In this document: positions 59,941 through 64,000 of the stretch, in pieces | Layout: each line of letters opens with the position of its first letter | Numbering within the stretch: position 1 is the first letter of the stretch | DNA from: Podarcis gaigeae | Taxonomy: Eukaryota | DNA: 64,000 bases | Reading direction: 5' to 3' (one strand) | NCBI GenBank assembly: GCA_964106915.2 | Contig: OZ066926.1 | Translations under genes and position numbers: made by a program | Notes under the pieces: generated by a model | Database searches by the model: none | Told to the model about the DNA's origin: nothing | Seen by the model: only the letters and a program-made list of their open reading frames with translations

Positions 59941-61802
59941 ATGGCGGCAGGGGCTCCCTCGGCTGTTCCTGCCCGCAGCCCCCCTCGGTGGCTCGGAGGC
60001 CCTGCTGACGGCTCCGTGTACCTCCTCCTGCCCGTCCCTGCTGGAAGTGCCCTGGTGCTAACACCAGGTGAGCATGTGGGGGGGGGGGTACGGACGGAGG
60101 GTTTGCTCGGAAACCGGGGCTAAACCTGACCCAGGAATCTGCCCTAGAATAGCATTTTTAGCCAGGTCTAAAATCTGGATCTTGAAATGTCTGCCTATGT
60201 GTTAGAAAGTGGGAGATGGACTCGTGTTTGTGTGCATGCAAGGGATAGATGAAACTGCAGCGGTAGGTTTCCTGAGTAACACTGCAAGCCTAACCCCATT
60301 TACCCGACAGTAAGCACCACTGAATTCCATAGGCCTTAATTCTGGGTAGGCATGGTTAGGAGACTACGTACTGCAAACCCCACGAAAACCCTTAACACTG
60401 TTTTTCTCTTCATATGGATGCAGCCTACATATTTCTTAACCCAGCAGCTTCTTGGTTCTTGTAGATATCACACTGTCTTCCTGTGCATTTTTTCTTCCCA
60501 GGATGTTTTTCAGAGGGATTCCCCATCTTGCAGCGCTTAACCCAGGGATGGGGAAACCTGTGTCCCGCCAGATGTTATTGGACTCCGATCAGCCCAGCCA
60601 ACATGGCCAATGGTCAAGGATAGTGGATGTTGTGGTCCAGTAGCATCTGGCGGGCCAAAAGCTTCTCCATTCCTGCCTTATTCTGCCTCACACTACCTAA
60701 GAGTCAGAGAAGAGTCTGTGCACAAGCAGAACCATGGTGGAGAGTGGGTGCAAAATTGTGCCCAGGTTGACACCTGCTCCCCCCCCCCATCCAGCCACTG
60801 AATGTGTGTGGATTAGGTTCTGTTTCAAAACCAAGTGCTTAATTTGGTGATCAAGCCTCTTTTCTGTCTGCAGCAGATGGAGCAAATTCTGCCTGGATTC
60901 TGTCTCTCCCTGCAGAGAGCAAGAACACAGTGGAAAACCCACAGGAAGATGGTGCACAGCCAGGTCCCATTTCCTCAAGGAGCTCCAGCGGGAGTGGAAA
61001 TAAGAAAGGAGGCTCTGCGAAAGACCAGCCGACTTTTTGTAAAGGGGACTTGAAGGACCCTATGTGGGCCTTGTGTGGCAAAACAAAATCCTACAAATGC
61101 CCCGACTGCGGGAAAAATTACCGCAGGAGCACAGACCTCTTGAGGCACCAGAGGACCCACACGGGAGAAAGGCCTTATATGTGCCTGGACTGTGGGAAGA
61201 GCTTCAGCCGGAGTTCAATCCTCCTGGAGCACCAGAGAATCCATACAGGTGAGAAGCCATACAAATGCAGCCACTGTGGGCAAGGATTTAGCCAGAGCTC
61301 CAACTGTAAGCAGCATGAGAGGACTCATGGGAAGGAGAAAAGGAGCGACCCAATACACTGGGGATCAACTTGGCAAAGGACAGAGGTTCAGAGGCGTGGG
61401 CCTAAAAGCCTGAAAAGAATTGATGAAGGTGCAAGAGCTGAGCTTGGACTTGGATCTCAGTCTCCAGGGGGAAGTTCCTCATGGAGCTCAAAGATGGTGA
61501 TGAAGTATCAGAAAAGCCATAGGATGGAGAAGCCCTACAGGTGCCCTGAGTGCGGGAAATGCTTTGCACGCAGCACGGATTTCATCCGGCACCACATCAC
61601 CCACACAGGAGAAAAGCCCTACACGTGTGTGAAATGTGGCAAGAGTTTTACACGCAGCTCGGTCCTCATTGAGCACCAGCGAATTCACACGGGAGAGAGG
61701 CCCTACAAGTGTCGGCTGTGCGGAAAGGGCTTCAGTCAGAACTCTAACCGTAACCAGCACGAGACAATCCATCAGGCTAAGAAATCTCCTGACACTTCCT
61801 GA
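59941..61802 (+). CDS. C2H2 zinc-finger protein, ~337 aa, 6 fingers (3+3), no KRAB/SCAN seen
   Basis: Exon 59941-60067 (gctATGG; donor CCAG|GTGAGC, phase 1) joins in frame to exon 60916-61802 (acceptor tctctccctgcag). Six CxxC-x12-HxxxH fingers with TGEKP/TGERP linkers. The finger exon is certain; the exon-1 join is likely. Confidence 0.88.
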
Positions 61803-62941
61803 GTGGCAATGGAACTTGTTACTGGGGTGTGGGACTCACTAGAATCCACTTGGCTGGGGAGAGGGCCTGAAGTGCAAGTCCAAGCAGGTGCAGATGTCCC
61901 AAGGCAAATTTGAAGCTACTGTTAGAATCCAAATGGAAAGTCCAAGGCTGCAAGTTTATGCCCACTTACTTGGGGGTAAGCCCCACTGAATTAAATGGCA
62001 CTTATTTATGAGTAGACATGGGTATGATTGCAGCACTCAAGTGGTATAGGGGCTTATTTTTATATGAGGTGATTTGCTGCAGAAATCATGAGGAAAACAC
62101 ATGTATCTATGAAAAACTTTTATTATTGACACTGAGAGGAAATAAATTAATTTTGTTACAAATTATAATATTCTTGTTAATTGTTCTGTGCACCCCAAAT
62201 GTAAATTCCACTATGTTCAGGGGAATGAGTGCCAGATTTAGGGTGGTACAGGTGGGTCCCACACAGGGTGCCAAGCCAAGGGGGAGAAAAATTGAGAATA
62301 TCCATAATTGAGAAGAATCATTTGGAGGTACCAAATTTTGGGGGTGGCCATATTACAAAGATTACCAAAATCCACCTCGGTGGAACTTACTTCTTCCATT
62401 CAGAAGTAAGTTACACCAGGTAAGTGGGCACAGGAGAGCTGCTTGTTAGAAAACCATTATAATTTAAATAAAAGAAACAATACGGAAAAGGTAATAGTAC
62501 CAGCAGGTGATCTTTTTCTTTCCCATATAGCGATCATTACTAATGACTGCTGGTACTTAACTCTGCTCTAAAAGATACTGAGAGTGTACAGCCTCATCAT
62601 ATTTCATACAGTCTACAGAAAACTGCAAGAAAGTAGCTTGGGTTTCATCACTTCATGGTGGTTGTTTTTAGATTAGAGTAGTAGAAACATTTGCTTGATT
62701 AGTTTGGACAAAACTTGTCTTGCATTATACCATTTCCTGGCCAAACACACAATCACTGCAGCATTTTCTTTTCTTTTCCCATCAGTGAATTTGTTCTGTT
62801 ATATTTGTACCCTCTTTCACTATATATGTCTTGCTATTTTTTTTTTTCTAATTTATTTTAACGAAAGCTAAATCTGCTTATCTCATGGTCCTGAAAATAA
62901 AAGTGCCTTTGAGGCTGTGCATGCCACCCCAATCTGGGCAG

Positions 62942-63500
62942 TGTGAAATTACAGGGGTTCCAGGCGTTTCCTTCGGGAATGAGGCACAGTGGGGACTGTG
63001 GTGTCTTTATGACATATGGTTTATTTACACATATATATGACCTGAGCCTATGATGGAGGGGTGCACAGCATTAAAGCCCCAAGGAGGTCCTGCTTCTCCC
63101 ACAGCCCACAGCCTTGGATTCCAGCATAAATCAGGCCTGGCTCTCGCTCTCTCTGCCCTTGCAGCCTGTAGTTTTTGCCGGCAGCTTCTAGCTCATATCC
63201 CTCAACTCTGGCCTTTTGTATTTCTAAGGAACAGACAGTTGAGGGAGGCAGGCCCACAATTTTTAGCAGGCCATCACCAGGCTGGCCTGGCTATTCCAGG
63301 CTGGGTCCAGGCATTAGGAGGAGGTCCAAGCATTCAGACCACCCCCTCTCCTACCAAACTCCTAACACTACAAATATGAGGGTCACATCTGTTGCTCTCC
63401 CCACTTTTACCTCTTGCTGTGCCTACTTTTTGCCTCTGGTCCTGCCCATCATTGATATGTCGCCCCTGCAAGGTTGCCCATGAAGTAAGGCCATCAGTCC
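62942..63500 (-). mobile_element. Possible solo LTR-like repeat (boundaries uncertain)
   Basis: Starts TGTGA; minus-strand AATAAACCATATGTCATAAAGACACCACAG lies ~85 bp from that end, as for an LTR poly(A) signal. The other end and a TSD were not identified. Confidence 0.3.
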
Positions 63501-64000
63501 TCAGACTCATGGAAGTTTCCCACCCTGGTCTAGGTGGGGATAGGTTCAGATCCCCACCCTCATATGAAGCTGACTGGGTTACCCTGAGTCATTCACTCAG
63601 CCTATTCCAACAACTCATAGGGCTGGTGAAGGATAAAATGGGCAGGGGGGTGGGGAGAATCTTCTATGGGTCCAGCCATTCCTGTGTGATAGGAATTTTA
63701 TGGTCTTAGATATATGGCAATGTTCATAACCGCACATACATAGATCAACACAGGAAGGCCAACCTGGAACCATTTTGATTCCTAAACTGACCAAATGTTT
63801 TCTCTGCAAGGTCAAACTGGAAAAGTCTCCCCATTGTCTCTTTCCTCACAAATCCTGTCTTAAGGACACATTTAAGATATGAATAAGGTGTGAGCCTGTG
63901 ACCTGGCCCAGGAAATAAGTACTGTATTTTACCACTACAAAAGAATGGCCAGGCTCCCCAGGAAATCCAATCAAGTAACCTGCCAGACAGGAGATAAACA

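Noticed and set aside
60930-61802. Naming the zinc-finger gene ZNF689 by synteny
   Set aside because: As I recall it, ZNF689 is a KRAB protein with more fingers; orthology cannot be supported from this sequence.

Overview
Vertebrate genomic DNA, most likely a lacertid lizard (Sauria SINE with (ACCTTT)n tail, squamate L2/tRNA SINEs and MITEs), with the gene order I recall from human 16p11.2. Three genes lie on the minus strand: the 5' half of SRCAP (runs off the left edge), a complete FBRS (18 coding exons, ~1036 aa) and a complete PRR14 (11 coding exons, ~723 aa). A two-exon, KRAB-less, 6-finger C2H2 gene lies on the plus strand, divergent from PRR14. All exon boundaries were read by hand from splice sites and phase continuity. 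The main finding is a 3.7-kb uninterrupted Glu-rich ORF in SRCAP intron 1 (14563-10865). Its stop codon is part of a splice donor (AG|GTAACT). Splicing there continues in frame, with no stop, through the two exons upstream of the canonical SRCAP ATG. This predicts an SRCAP isoform with a ~1321-aa acidic N-terminal extension, or a stand-alone ~1232-aa protein if the donor is skipped. Other observations: a SNORA30-family snoRNA in the same intron, two further candidate intronic structured RNAs, an 8-copy CCTTTAAG array and a bZIP-site array at the FBRS promoter, a duplicated exon module in PRR14, and a young TSD-flanked LINE fragment. Family assignments come from memory of the orthologues; no database search was run.
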